Shown piece by piece: positions 55,258 to 64,000 of a stretch of 64,000 nt of DNA. The stretch is taken from positions 3,009 to 67,008 of the forward strand of contig CAZNIC010000007.1 of assembly GCA_964572985.1 (NCBI GenBank), written 5' to 3'. A program made the translations under genes and the position numbers. The notes below the pieces were generated by a model that worked only from the letters and a program-made list of their open reading frames with translations, made no database searches and was not told where the DNA came from. Every line of letters starts with the position of its first letter. Position 1 is the stretch's first letter. The stretch is from an uncultured Oscillospiraceae bacterium. GTDB lineage: Bacteria > Bacillota > Clostridia > UMGS1883.

Positions 55258-56685
55258 ATGAAAAAACAACTTACGGCTTTAGTTTTAACCGCCGCACTTT
55301 CCATTTCATCAATTGTTGCTTCTGCATCATCTGCTTTTTCGGACCTCAACGAGTTCCATGCGTGGGCAGAGCCTCAGATTGAAGAGATGACAACGCTTGG
55401 TATTATCAAGGGTTATACAGACGGCACATTCCGTCCCGATCGTGCTATCACAAAGACAGAGGCTCTTGTTCTCGTTTCGCGTGCTGCAGGCTATATCGAG
55501 GAGGATTATGATGCGTTCCGTGCTGCCGCCTCCACACGTTATGAAGATGTTTTGTCCAATTACAGCACACCTTATCCCAAAGAAATCGCTTTTTTACTGT
55601 ACAAAGGCGTTCTTACCGAAAGTGACCTCTCGGGTTATATTGCTTCTGACCGCGCAGATTCACCGCTTCTTCGTTATGAGATGGCAGTACTCCTCACAAA
55701 GCTCATGCGTGCCGAAGCTTCACTTTCCGACGAAAGTGAAATCACGCTTGAATATTCCGACGCAGGCGAAATTCCTTATTCAGCAACTGCATACGTTAAC
55801 TACGTTACAAATGCGTCCTTGATGCAGGGTGTGTATGACCCCGAATATCCCGACGATGTCTTTTTCAAGCCTTATGCTTCTGTAACAAGAGCGCAGATGG
55901 CAGTGCTCTTGCACCGCGTGCTCTCCAAGTTTGACATAAAGGTTTCCTATGCCAGCGTTATGGGCAAAAATTCTACAAACTCCACCGTTACATATCGTGA
56001 TGCTGCAGGCAAAACCGCATTTTATACAGTAAGCGACGGTGTAAACTTCCTTGTAGACGGTTATGTCACTAAGGATGTTTCGCATGTATACTCCGGTGCA
56101 CAGATTGCGTTTTTCTACATAAACAATACTCTTTCCGATGTGGAAGTAGTAAACAGCGAAGAAAACCGTTTTGATGGTGTTGAAAAGCCCGCTGTTGAAA
56201 CCGGTATTCCGACAGACCCTGTTGAAGGTGTTATATCCACAATTGTTATGAGTGAAGAATGCAGCGTTGTTGTAAACAATGTTGAATACACACTTTCCGC
56301 GGCATCCACTATATATGTTAACCACGTTACGGCTACAATTTATGACCTTAGAGTAGGTCACACGGCTGAGCTCGCCTTTGAAAACGGCAAGGTTATCATG
56401 ATTTATGCAACATCACCCCAGCAGTCCGATGACGGACGTGTTACTGCACAGGGCGTTATCACGAAGCTTAACGTAACAAACCGCCAGGTTTATCTCGAGG
56501 TTGAAAACACAGAAACAGGCGTTACCAACGAACGTGTTCTCTACATTGAAACAGGTGCATCTATTTTCAATGCAATTTCAGGTCAGTCCATAGACTTCCT
56601 TTCCTTGGAGGTTGACGACCGTATCACAGCTACAGGCACAATCAAGGACGGTAACTTCTACGCCTCCAAAATTATAGTAAGATAA
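55258..56685 (+). CDS. S-layer homology (3 x SLH) domain protein
   Basis: It has a signal peptide. The SLH repeats contain GIIKGYTDGTFRPDRAITKTEALVLVSRA and FFKPYASVTRAQMAVLLHRVL. The C-terminal region is beta-rich. Confidence 0.8.
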   Translation: MKKQLTALVLTAALSISSIVASASSAFSDLNEFHAWAEPQIEEMTTLGIIKGYTDGTFRPDRAITKTEALVLVSRAAGYIEEDYDAFRAAASTRYEDVLSNYSTPYPKEIAFLLYKGVLTESDLSGYIASDRADSPLLRYEMAVLLTKLMRAEASLSDESEITLEYSDAGEIPYSATAYVNYVTNASLMQGVYDPEYPDDVFFKPYASVTRAQMAVLLHRVLSKFDIKVSYASVMGKNSTNSTVTYRDAAGKTAFYTVSDGVNFLVDGYVTKDVSHVYSGAQIAFFYINNTLSDVEVVNSEENRFDGVEKPAVETGIPTDPVEGVISTIVMSEECSVVVNNVEYTLSAASTIYVNHVTATIYDLRVGHTAELAFENGKVIMIYATSPQQSDDGRVTAQGVITKLNVTNRQVYLEVENTETGVTNERVLYIETGASIFNAISGQSIDFLSLEVDDRITATGTIKDGNFYASKIIVR

Positions 56686-56696
56686 GAGGTATCCCC

Positions 56697-57185
56697 ATGA
56701 ACAGACGCGATAAAATAAATTATTATCTCGACATTGCAACAGCTGTACTTGAGCGTGGCACGTGCCTTCGTCGCTCATACGGTGCAATCATTGTAAAAAA
56801 TGACGAAATCATCTCTACAGGCTATACAGGTGCTCCCCGCGGCAGAAAAAACTGTATTGACCTCGGCTTCTGCCGCAGAATAGCAATGAATATTCCCCGC
56901 GGTCAGCGTTATGAGCTTTGTCGCAGTGTCCACGCAGAGGAAAACGCAATCATTTCAGCATCCCGCCGTGATATGATTGGTGCAACGTTGTACCTTGTGG
57001 GCAGAGATATGGAAACAGGTCAGTTTGTCGAAGGTGCATCCAGCTGTGCAATGTGCAAAAGGGCAATCATCAACGCAGGCATCGAAAAAGTTGTTATACG
57101 CAACACTATTGATGACTATACTGTTGTAGATGTTCAGAGCTGGATTGACAACGACGATTCGTTAGGTGAAACATTGGGATATTAA
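56697..57185 (+). CDS. comEB: dCMP deaminase (ComEB family)
   Basis: HAEENAI and PCAMCKRAIINAGI zinc-binding motifs. Confidence 0.88.
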   Translation: MNRRDKINYYLDIATAVLERGTCLRRSYGAIIVKNDEIISTGYTGAPRGRKNCIDLGFCRRIAMNIPRGQRYELCRSVHAEENAIISASRRDMIGATLYLVGRDMETGQFVEGASSCAMCKRAIINAGIEKVVIRNTIDDYTVVDVQSWIDNDDSLGETLGY

Positions 57186-57213
57186 AATCATAGACTTGTT
57201 CACCGCTGTAAGT

Positions 57214-57288
57214 AACAGGGACATTCCTCACCCACAGACAGGCTGTGTGTTTGCACGACCTAATCGTGTGCATGAGGGTGTCCCTGTT
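57214..57288. repeat. 75-nt nested inverted-repeat element (copy D) between comEB and the GH2 gene
   Basis: AACAGGGACA (57214-57223) pairs with TGTCCCTGTT (57279-57288), and CCTCA pairs with TGAGG. Inner hairpins are CACAG-acagg-CTGTG and TGCACGA-cctaa-TCGTGtGCA. The ends match copy A at 6715-6795. Confidence 0.5.
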
Positions 57289-57337
57289 CTTCATTAAATG
57301 TTGCAACAGATAAAATCAAACCAAAGGAGAGAAATAA

Positions 57338-59674
57338 ATGAAACGAGCTGTCATATATCTTAACTCAGACTGGAAATTTCACCGTGGAGAGGAGCCCATG
57401 GGTTTTTACAAGGGTTTTGACGACACTGCCTGGAGAACCGTCACCGTTCCCCACGATATGAGTATTGAATGTGAGTTTGACAAGTCAAATTCATCAGGCA
57501 CAGGTTACCTTCCCGGCGGACGCGGCTGGTACCGCAAACGCTTTACTCTTCCCCCTGATTCCGGCAAGGTATACATTACCTTTGAAGGCGTGTATAACAA
57601 CTCCAAGGTATGGTTCAACTCAAACTATTTGGGAAAGCGCCCTTACGGCTACTCCACTTTTACCTATGACGTAACCGAATTTGTCAGCGATGAAAACGTT
57701 GTAAGCGTCATGATAAATCGTGACGAAACAGCTGATTCACGTTGGTTTACGGGCACAGGCATTACAAGACGGGTTTATGTTACCGTATGCGATAAAGTAT
57801 CCGTTGTTCCCGACAGCCTCTTTATTACAACGCCTTCGGTTTCCGAAAACGAAGCTAGTGTTAAAATCGAGTGCGAAACCACTCTGCCCGCAACCGTTAC
57901 AAACACAATCCTCGATAGGGACGGTAACATAGTTGCCACAGGCGACAACATACTTACACTTCCCTCCCCGTCACTTTGGTCGCCCGATAATCCCTATCTT
58001 TACACAATGAAAACAGATGTTATATCAAACGGCGAAGTTACCGACACAGTTTATACCACATTTGGTGTTCGCTACTTCAATTTTGACCCGGACAAGGGCT
58101 TTTTCTTAAACGGTGTGCATACCCTCCTCAAAGGCGTATGCGTTCACCATGACGCAGGCTGTCTGGGCGCAGCAGTGCCTAAGGAGGTTTGGCGTGACCG
58201 ACTTTTAAAATTAAAGGAATGCGGCACCAACGCACTCCGCACAAGTCATAACCCTCCCGACCCCGAGCTACTTGATTTATGTGACGAATTAGGCTTTTTG
58301 ACTATGGACGAAGCCTTTGACGAATGGGAAGGTCCCAAAAACAAATGGTGGCAGGGTCATAACGTGTATCCTCCCAAGAGATTCGGCTATTTTGAAGATT
58401 TCCCCGAATGGGGCGAAAAGGATATTAAGGCAATGGTGCTCCGTGACCGTAACCATCCGTCAATTATAATGTGGTCTATCGGCAACGAGGTTGACTATCC
58501 CAACGACCCCTATTGTCACCCCTCCTTCTCCTCCATGACAGGCAACAACGACGCAAACAAGCCCGAAATCGAAAGAATGTATGACCCCAACAAGCCCAAC
58601 GCCGAACGATTGGCTGTGATTGCACGTCAGCTTGTAGCATGGGTAAAGGAATGTGACACCACACGCCCCGTTACTGCGGCACTTGCGTTCCCCGAGCTCA
58701 GCTGTAACACAGGTTATTTTGAAGCTCTCGATATCGCAGGCTATAACTATAAAGAACATCTTTATGAGGATGATCACAAGCGTTTCCCCAACTCTGTTAT
58801 CTACGGCAGCGAAAACTCTCACTCGTGGAAAGCGTGGAAAGCAGTGGCGGACAACGACTATATCTCAGGTCAGTTCCTTTGGACAGGTATTGACTACATG
58901 GGCGAAGCACACGGTTGGCCAATCCGTGCGTCTATGCCCGGACTTCTTGATATGGGCGGTTTTAAAAAGCCAAGCTGGCATTTTAGGAAAACACTTTGGG
59001 ATAGTGCACCCTATATTTATATTTTCACACGCGAAAAGAGAGATGAAAACGCACCTCGCCGTCGCCGTCCTCCCAAGTGGTTCTGCGAGCATTGGAACTT
59101 CCCCGAAGGTACAAACTGCGAGGTTATTGCATACACAAACGCCCCCGAGGCAGAGCTTTTCCTAAACGGCAAATCCCTTGGCGTTAAAAAAGCCGACAAT
59201 GAAGAGCACGGCAATGAAATCCACTGGGAAATCCCCTTTGAAGAAGGCGAATTAAAGGCAGTTATCGAAGGATGTGAGTATACTCTCAAATCTACCAAAA
59301 CCCCCGTCAAAATTTGTCTCAAGCCTTCCCATCGAGGGGAAGGGGGACCGCTTAAGGTGGATGAGGTGTCACCCCTCACAGCCGATAGCTATGACACAAT
59401 CCGCATTGACGTTGCCCTCCTTGATGAAAACGGCAACAAGGTCAACTGGGACGACAGAGCTATCACAGCACAGGTTTCCGGGCTTTCTGCTACACTGGCA
59501 GGTATCGAATCCGGCTCAGGCTTTGACGTAACGCCCTACTCTTCCCCCTCGAGGAAATTGCATAACGGTAATGCTGTTATTTATGTGAAATCTACCGACA
59601 TTACAGGCGAGGCTACATTGACTGTTACTGCCACGGGGTTGGAGCCTTCCTCTATAACCGTTAAAACCGAATAA
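57338..59674 (+). CDS. Beta-galactosidase / GH2 family glycosidase
   Basis: Sugar-binding N-terminus (WRTVTVPHD), TIM-barrel motifs NALRTSHNP and WSIGNE, and C-terminal Ig-like domains. Confidence 0.9.
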   Translation: MKRAVIYLNSDWKFHRGEEPMGFYKGFDDTAWRTVTVPHDMSIECEFDKSNSSGTGYLPGGRGWYRKRFTLPPDSGKVYITFEGVYNNSKVWFNSNYLGKRPYGYSTFTYDVTEFVSDENVVSVMINRDETADSRWFTGTGITRRVYVTVCDKVSVVPDSLFITTPSVSENEASVKIECETTLPATVTNTILDRDGNIVATGDNILTLPSPSLWSPDNPYLYTMKTDVISNGEVTDTVYTTFGVRYFNFDPDKGFFLNGVHTLLKGVCVHHDAGCLGAAVPKEVWRDRLLKLKECGTNALRTSHNPPDPELLDLCDELGFLTMDEAFDEWEGPKNKWWQGHNVYPPKRFGYFEDFPEWGEKDIKAMVLRDRNHPSIIMWSIGNEVDYPNDPYCHPSFSSMTGNNDANKPEIERMYDPNKPNAERLAVIARQLVAWVKECDTTRPVTAALAFPELSCNTGYFEALDIAGYNYKEHLYEDDHKRFPNSVIYGSENSHSWKAWKAVADNDYISGQFLWTGIDYMGEAHGWPIRASMPGLLDMGGFKKPSWHFRKTLWDSAPYIYIFTREKRDENAPRRRRPPKWFCEHWNFPEGTNCEVIAYTNAPEAELFLNGKSLGVKKADNEEHGNEIHWEIPFEEGELKAVIEGCEYTLKSTKTPVKICLKPSHRGEGGPLKVDEVSPLTADSYDTIRIDVALLDENGNKVNWDDRAITAQVSGLSATLAGIESGSGFDVTPYSSPSRKLHNGNAVIYVKSTDITGEATLTVTATGLEPSSITVKTE

Positions 59675-59725
59675 AGCAAACACAAAATCTGCTTTTGTAT
59701 TATTTCCCTTTATTTAAGAATTAAC

Positions 59726-59768
59726 AAAACCTCCTTTGCATACATTTAGTGCAAAGGAGGTTTTTATT
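59726..59768. terminator. Bidirectional terminator after the GH2 gene
   Basis: AAAACCTCCTTTGCA-TACATTTAG-TGCAAAGGAGGTTTTTATTTT. Confidence 0.75.
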
Positions 59769-59770
59769 TT

Positions 59771-59941
59771 ATGGAAAAATCCGATTATGTTTATATAATG
59801 TGTCCTGTCCCTGTCGAAATGCTCAAAGGACTGCCCATTCCGTTTTTAACTAATGACATGCCATCAGTGCCCACGCGGGAGGACGAAACCTTTGTGCCGC
59901 TGTGGTACGGCAATGCCCGCTTTCCCGAAGACGATGTATAG
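59771..59941 (+). CDS. Candidate 56-aa small ORF; coding status doubtful
   Basis: MEKSDYVYIMCPVPVEMLKGLPIPFLTNDMPSVPTREDETFVPLWYGNARFPEDDV. The only Shine-Dalgarno-like GGAGG is the 3' arm of the preceding terminator. No promoter was seen. It ends 1 nt before the convergent ogg stop. Confidence 0.2.
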   Translation: MEKSDYVYIMCPVPVEMLKGLPIPFLTNDMPSVPTREDETFVPLWYGNARFPEDDV

Positions 59942-59942
59942 C

Positions 59943-60764
59943 TTAGTCCATGCTGCGACGATAATAAAATAAGTACTGCTGCGCAAAACCGCTGTACTTG
60001 CCGAAGAGCTTTTCACCGTCTTCCTTTGCGCTTTTTTCGCTACTGCCAAAATTTTCGCACATAACTCTCTTTATCCACACGTCGGAGGGGAAAAGGTCAT
60101 ACTTTGCAAGGGCAAAAAGCATTACACAGTCACACACCTTGTCACCCACACCGCGCACGGTCATGAGTTTTTCGCGGGCTTTTGGCGTCTCCAGGCTTAC
60201 GAGTTCATCATAAGAAAGCTTCCCTTGGAGTACGTCCTGCACGCACGAGGCAATATACGGTGCTCTATAGCCTACTCCAAGCTCTCGGTAGTCCGCTTCT
60301 GTAACGTTTTTCAAATCCTCAGCTGAGGGAAAAGTGTGGTATACTTTGTCATCAACCACGATTTCTTTGCCGTACTTTTCGCACAGCTTTTTCACCGACG
60401 ATTTAATCTTTGGAATAGACGACCGCTGAGATATTATAAAGCTTACAAGTGTTTCGAAAAAGTCTTGCTTGAGAATGCGTATACCGCCGCCGTAATTTAC
60501 GGCTTCTTTCATAAGAGGATTGATGCTGACTTGTTGCTTTATATGTGCATAATCGCGGTCAAGGTCAAGATATTCTCTCCAAAAAGCAATATCGTCACTA
60601 TCGGTAGTAAGAAGCACGCCCTCAGCTGTTTTCTCAAATTTTGCCCATTTTCCACCGGCTACTCCCGTAAAACTGCCGTCATTTTCTTCCCAACGAAAGC
60701 ACTGACCGCAGTCAAATGTATGTTTAAGGTCAAAATCTTTATCCGAAATTACAATTGTTTTCAT
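59943..60764 (-). CDS. ogg: 8-oxoguanine DNA glycosylase / HhH-GPD family (Ogg type)
   Basis: FDLKHTFDCGQCFRW N-terminal domain and the HhH-GPD motif VRGVGDKVCDCVMLFAL with an OGG-type Lys. Confidence 0.8.
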   Translation of the reverse strand: MKTIVISDKDFDLKHTFDCGQCFRWEENDGSFTGVAGGKWAKFEKTAEGVLLTTDSDDIAFWREYLDLDRDYAHIKQQVSINPLMKEAVNYGGGIRILKQDFFETLVSFIISQRSSIPKIKSSVKKLCEKYGKEIVVDDKVYHTFPSAEDLKNVTEADYRELGVGYRAPYIASCVQDVLQGKLSYDELVSLETPKAREKLMTVRGVGDKVCDCVMLFALAKYDLFPSDVWIKRVMCENFGSSEKSAKEDGEKLFGKYSGFAQQYLFYYRRSMD

Positions 60765-60841
60765 CTGAATCACCCACATTCAGCTTATCACAAACTGCAA
60801 AAAAAATCAATCTGACAACTAAAAGAAAAGGACTTTGTCAA

Positions 60842-61786
60842 ATGAAAAAACTGCTTATTCTTCCTATATATTATTCTGTTGTAAGTATTCTTGTCCCGTA
60901 CCTTGTTCTGCCATTTTTTTCATCCGAGCAGGTTGAATCACCTGCGGTTTTTGACCAAGCCTCCGAAAACACCGTCAGTGTGTTTAACCACATTGACAAC
61001 ACTACTGCCGAAATGGACATGACCGATTATCTCACGGGGGTTGTTGCCGCAGAGATGCCCGCCGCTTTTGAGGAGGATGCTTTGAAGGCACAGGCGGTGG
61101 CTGCACGTACATATACATTGTACAAATCCTCTCTCGGCGAGCATGATGCCGATATATGTACAGATTTTGCCCATTGTCAGGCTTATATAACCAAGGACGA
61201 AATGGAAAAGGTCTGGGGCAATGATTTTGATTTGTATTACAACAAAATCCGTAACGCTGTGCTTTCGACCAAGGGCGAACACCTCGTATATGACGAGGAG
61301 CCTGTCATGGCGGTTTTTCATTCGATGGGCGGAGGCTATACCGAAAACAGCGCAGACGTATGGGGCAAGGCTGTGCCGTATCTTGTCAGCGTGGAAAGCC
61401 CCGGCGAGGAAACTGCCGCAAATTATTACTCAAGTTGCAGCGTAACCTTTGACGATTTTAAAAGCAAAATAACATCAGCTTTCCCCGACGCAAAGCTTTT
61501 CTCACCCGAGGATGTATCTGTCCCTGTGCTTACCGATGGCGGACATGTAAAAAGCATTGTTATAGGGTCGGTGTCTGTGCCGGGCACAACAATCCGCACA
61601 CTTTTTAACCTCAGGAGTACAAAATTTGACATAAGCTTTGAAAACGACACTGTTACGTTTTCCGTTACGGGCTACGGGCACGGCGTAGGCATGAGCCAGT
61701 ACGGTGCCAATGCCATGGCAAAAGAGGGCAAATCCTATAGGGAAATATTGGCACATTTTTACCGCGGTACAACAATACGGGAATAA
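60842..61786 (+). CDS. spoIID: Stage II sporulation protein D (lytic transglycosylase)
   Basis: EEDALKAQAVAARTY, AVFHSMGGGYTE and GYGHGVGMSQYGA motifs. ATG 60842 is followed by a signal anchor. Confidence 0.9.
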   Translation: MKKLLILPIYYSVVSILVPYLVLPFFSSEQVESPAVFDQASENTVSVFNHIDNTTAEMDMTDYLTGVVAAEMPAAFEEDALKAQAVAARTYTLYKSSLGEHDADICTDFAHCQAYITKDEMEKVWGNDFDLYYNKIRNAVLSTKGEHLVYDEEPVMAVFHSMGGGYTENSADVWGKAVPYLVSVESPGEETAANYYSSCSVTFDDFKSKITSAFPDAKLFSPEDVSVPVLTDGGHVKSIVIGSVSVPGTTIRTLFNLRSTKFDISFENDTVTFSVTGYGHGVGMSQYGANAMAKEGKSYREILAHFYRGTTIRE

Positions 61787-61831
61787 ATTTTCCCATTTCA
61801 GGCAATCCTTTATATACAAGGAGGATTGACC

Positions 61832-62497
61832 ATGACAAAAAAATCTCATACATTATATGCAATAATCTCATTATGCGCCCTCGCTTGCTACTGCGGTTTT
61901 TTGGTAAAAAACGCAATCAGCGATGTTGATACCGTTGAAGAAACCCTGCCCTATGAGGAGTATGTTTTGGAAGAACCAACTACGGCGGTTTCTGAGCTGG
62001 CTGTGTCACTCACGGTTGACTCTGTACCCGAGGAGGCCGCATCGGAAGCCCCGTCACAATCCGAAGCGGAAGAACTGCCTACAATGCGCGAAGACGGGTT
62101 TTCGCCAATTTATCCCGTGAGGGGAGAAATCCTGACAACGTATTCATTGAGGCACGCCTATAACAAAGCATCGGGCGACTGGCGCGCTCACGGCGGGATT
62201 GATATCGGTGTTGATGAGGGCACAGACGTTGTTGCCATTGAAGACGGTGCGGTGATAGCGTCATACAAAAGTCCTATTTGGGGCAACGTGATTGAAATTG
62301 ACCACGGTGAATATGTGAGCATATACAAAAATCTGGCAAAGCTCGGCATTGTAGAGGAAGGCGACAACGTGTCACGCGGAGATGTAATATCATACGTGGG
62401 CAACACCTCGGCTCTTGAATCTCAAATAGAGTCGCATTTGCATTTTGAACTGACTCATTACGGCGAGAGCGTGAACCCTGTAGAGCTACTTGGTTGA
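61832..62497 (+). CDS. M23 family metallopeptidase, membrane anchored, catalytic motifs intact (possible SpoIIQ-type)
   Basis: HGGID (HxxxD) and HLHFE (HxH) motifs. ATG 61832 has AAGGAGG 7 nt upstream. It lies directly downstream of spoIID. Confidence 0.8.
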   Translation: MTKKSHTLYAIISLCALACYCGFLVKNAISDVDTVEETLPYEEYVLEEPTTAVSELAVSLTVDSVPEEAASEAPSQSEAEELPTMREDGFSPIYPVRGEILTTYSLRHAYNKASGDWRAHGGIDIGVDEGTDVVAIEDGAVIASYKSPIWGNVIEIDHGEYVSIYKNLAKLGIVEEGDNVSRGDVISYVGNTSALESQIESHLHFELTHYGESVNPVELLG

Positions 62498-62522
62498 CAT
62501 TTGCCCTTTCTTGCCATATAAT
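62494..62522 (+). promoter_or_regulatory. Consensus sigma-A promoter of trxB (TTGACA-17-TATAAT)
   Basis: The -35 at 62494-62499 overlaps the M23 stop codon. The -10 is at 62517-62522. Confidence 0.6.
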
Positions 62523-62545
62523 AAGGTGCAGAAAGGTGTGATAGC

Positions 62546-63457
62546 ATGATTGATGTAGCAATCATCGGCGGCGGTCCTGCGGCATTGGGTGCGGCATTGT
62601 ATGCGGCAAGAAGCGGAGCGTCGGTTACAATATTTGAAAAGAAATTTGTTGGAGGACAAGCCTCCACCACATATGAAATAGACAATTATCTCGGGTTTAC
62701 AGGTTCTCCCTCGGGAAGTCTGCTCACAGAAAAAATGGCAGAGCACGTGTCGGAATTTGATGTAAAATTCCGTTATAACGAGGTAAAGGAGCTTGTTTTG
62801 GAGGGTGATACAAAAAAGATTATCACCGCAAAAAAAGAGTTTGAGGCAAAAACAGTTATCCTTGCAATGGGGGCAACGCCTGCTCTTTTATCTGTTCCGG
62901 GCGAAAAAGAGCTTACAGGCAAGGGTGTCAGCTACTGCGCAACCTGTGACGGTATGTTTTTTAAAGATAAAACCGTGTGCGTGGTAGGCGGCGGCAACAC
63001 AGCAGTTGAAGATGCGATATACCTCTCTCCTTTGGCGCAAAAGGTGTATATTATTCACCGCAGAGACGAGTTCCGTGCGTCTCCCCTCCTCGTTGAAAGG
63101 CTCAAAAAGTTTGACAATGTGGAATTTGTTATGGAAAGCCGTATTACAAAGATAAACGGCAGTGACAGTGTAGAATCCGTAACTGTTGACACAAAAGGTT
63201 ATATATATGATATTAAAACCGATGCACTTTTCGTTGCAGTGGGTACTCTTCCTGCAAATGCGCTGTTGACTGACGCCGTTAAAACCGAAAACGGCTTTAT
63301 AGTAACGGACGAGACCATGGCAACCAATATCCCCGGGGTTTTTGCCGCAGGTGATATCCGCAAAAAGGTGCTCAGACAGGTAATCACTGCAGTTAGCGAC
63401 GGTGCAATTGCAGGCGAAGAAGCATCAAAATACGTAAACGCACACAAAAACGCCTGA
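62546..63457 (+). CDS. trxB: Thioredoxin-disulfide reductase
   Basis: GGGPAA FAD motif, the redox-active CATCDG motif, GGGNTAVE NADPH motif and GVFAAGD. Confidence 0.93.
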   Translation: MIDVAIIGGGPAALGAALYAARSGASVTIFEKKFVGGQASTTYEIDNYLGFTGSPSGSLLTEKMAEHVSEFDVKFRYNEVKELVLEGDTKKIITAKKEFEAKTVILAMGATPALLSVPGEKELTGKGVSYCATCDGMFFKDKTVCVVGGGNTAVEDAIYLSPLAQKVYIIHRRDEFRASPLLVERLKKFDNVEFVMESRITKINGSDSVESVTVDTKGYIYDIKTDALFVAVGTLPANALLTDAVKTENGFIVTDETMATNIPGVFAAGDIRKKVLRQVITAVSDGAIAGEEASKYVNAHKNA

Positions 63458-63468
63458 CGGCGTTTTTT
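63446..63468 (+). terminator. Rho-independent terminator overlapping the trxB stop
   Basis: AAAAACGCC-TGAC-GGCGTTTTTT. Confidence 0.7.
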
Positions 63469-63573
63469 GTTTTACAAATTTTATGTTAACATATTGATTA
63501 TTAATTTTAAAAATGATAATATGTTTACATAACTATGGCTTGTTGCCAAAAATTTTGTAAGGAGTTGGAAAAA

Positions 63574-64000
63574 TGAAAAAGGTTTTTAGCCTAATTATTG
63601 CGCTTGCGATAGTTTTATCAGCTATCCCCGCAATGGGCCAAGAGGTTATTAACGTAACCGTAAACGGCGAAGCGGCTGATTTTGCACAGCCTCTTTTCAA
63701 AGACGGTGACACTCTTTATGTTCCGCTTAAAGATGTTGCTAATGCTCTCGATTTAGAGACAAGTTGGAACAACGACGAAAGAAGTGCCAACGCAAAAGGC
63801 AGTATACTCAATGTTACAGTTCCCATCGGTGAAAAATGGGTAAAGTATGACAACATGAAGAAGAGTATTTCTGCTGAAAATGTTATCAGAAATGACTATT
63901 CCTACATGCCTGTTGACGCACTGAGTATTTTTAACGTTACATATTCCTTCGATGAGGAAACCAACACGTTAAATCTTTCAGTACCGCTTTTGCACGGTAA
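63574..64000 (+). CDS. Secreted copper-amine-oxidase-N-like (wall-binding repeat) protein, N-terminal part; continues past the window edge
   Basis: AGGAG RBS and a signal peptide. Contains DGDTLYVPLKDVANALDLETSWNND and NDYSYMPVDALSIFNVTYSFD repeats. The frame is open to position 64000. Confidence 0.75.

Noticed and set aside
59753-59760. AAGGAGG as a ribosome-binding site proving that the 59771 small ORF is real.
   Set aside because: The motif is the 3' arm of the GH2 terminator hairpin and sits 10-11 nt from the ATG. It is not independent evidence for translation.

Overview
This 64-kb chromosomal segment comes from a spore-forming, monoderm-type Firmicute that looks Clostridia-like. All family calls rest on motif recognition in the translated ORFs and on reading the DNA by eye; no database search or folding program was run.

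Content:
- Sporulation genes: sigH, spoIIR, spoVAC-spoVAD, spoIIID, spoIID, and an M23 peptidase.
- Housekeeping genes: rny, ymdB, pgeF, rqcH, mutS2, lysS, dtd, rplS, yajC, trmB, trxB, a clpE-type ATPase, a dCMP deaminase and an ogg-type glycosylase.
- Biosynthesis genes: hisA, hisIE, DAHP synthase, tyrA, asnB.
- Scattered glycan-degrading enzymes: GH29, GH105, GH27, GH2.
- Transport and envelope: an RND/adaptor/TolC-like efflux operon, a MATE pump, and several secreted wall-anchored proteins.
- RNA features: two tRNA-Leu genes and one FMN riboswitch in front of a RibU-type ECF S component.
- Not seen: rRNA, CRISPR array, IS element, integrase, or any recognisable canonical defence system.

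Three places deserve a second look:
1. A roughly 5-kb accessory patch at 30.27-35.38 kb. A 1140-aa adhesin gene and a small XRE repressor form a cassette bracketed by a duplicated 40-bp stop-codon/terminator module. The adhesin has a perfect consensus promoter with a palindromic operator in its spacer. Next to the cassette sits an orphan phage-type switch, in which a cleavable HTH-S24 repressor is divergent from a sigma-region-4-like activator.
2. A second HTH-S24 paralog at 41.25-41.86 kb has lost the catalytic Ser, the catalytic Lys and the Ala-Gly cleavage site.
3. Four long nested-hairpin intergenic elements at 6.7, 10.4, 28.9 and 57.2 kb. Two of them share conserved ends.

The proposed functions for all three are inference.
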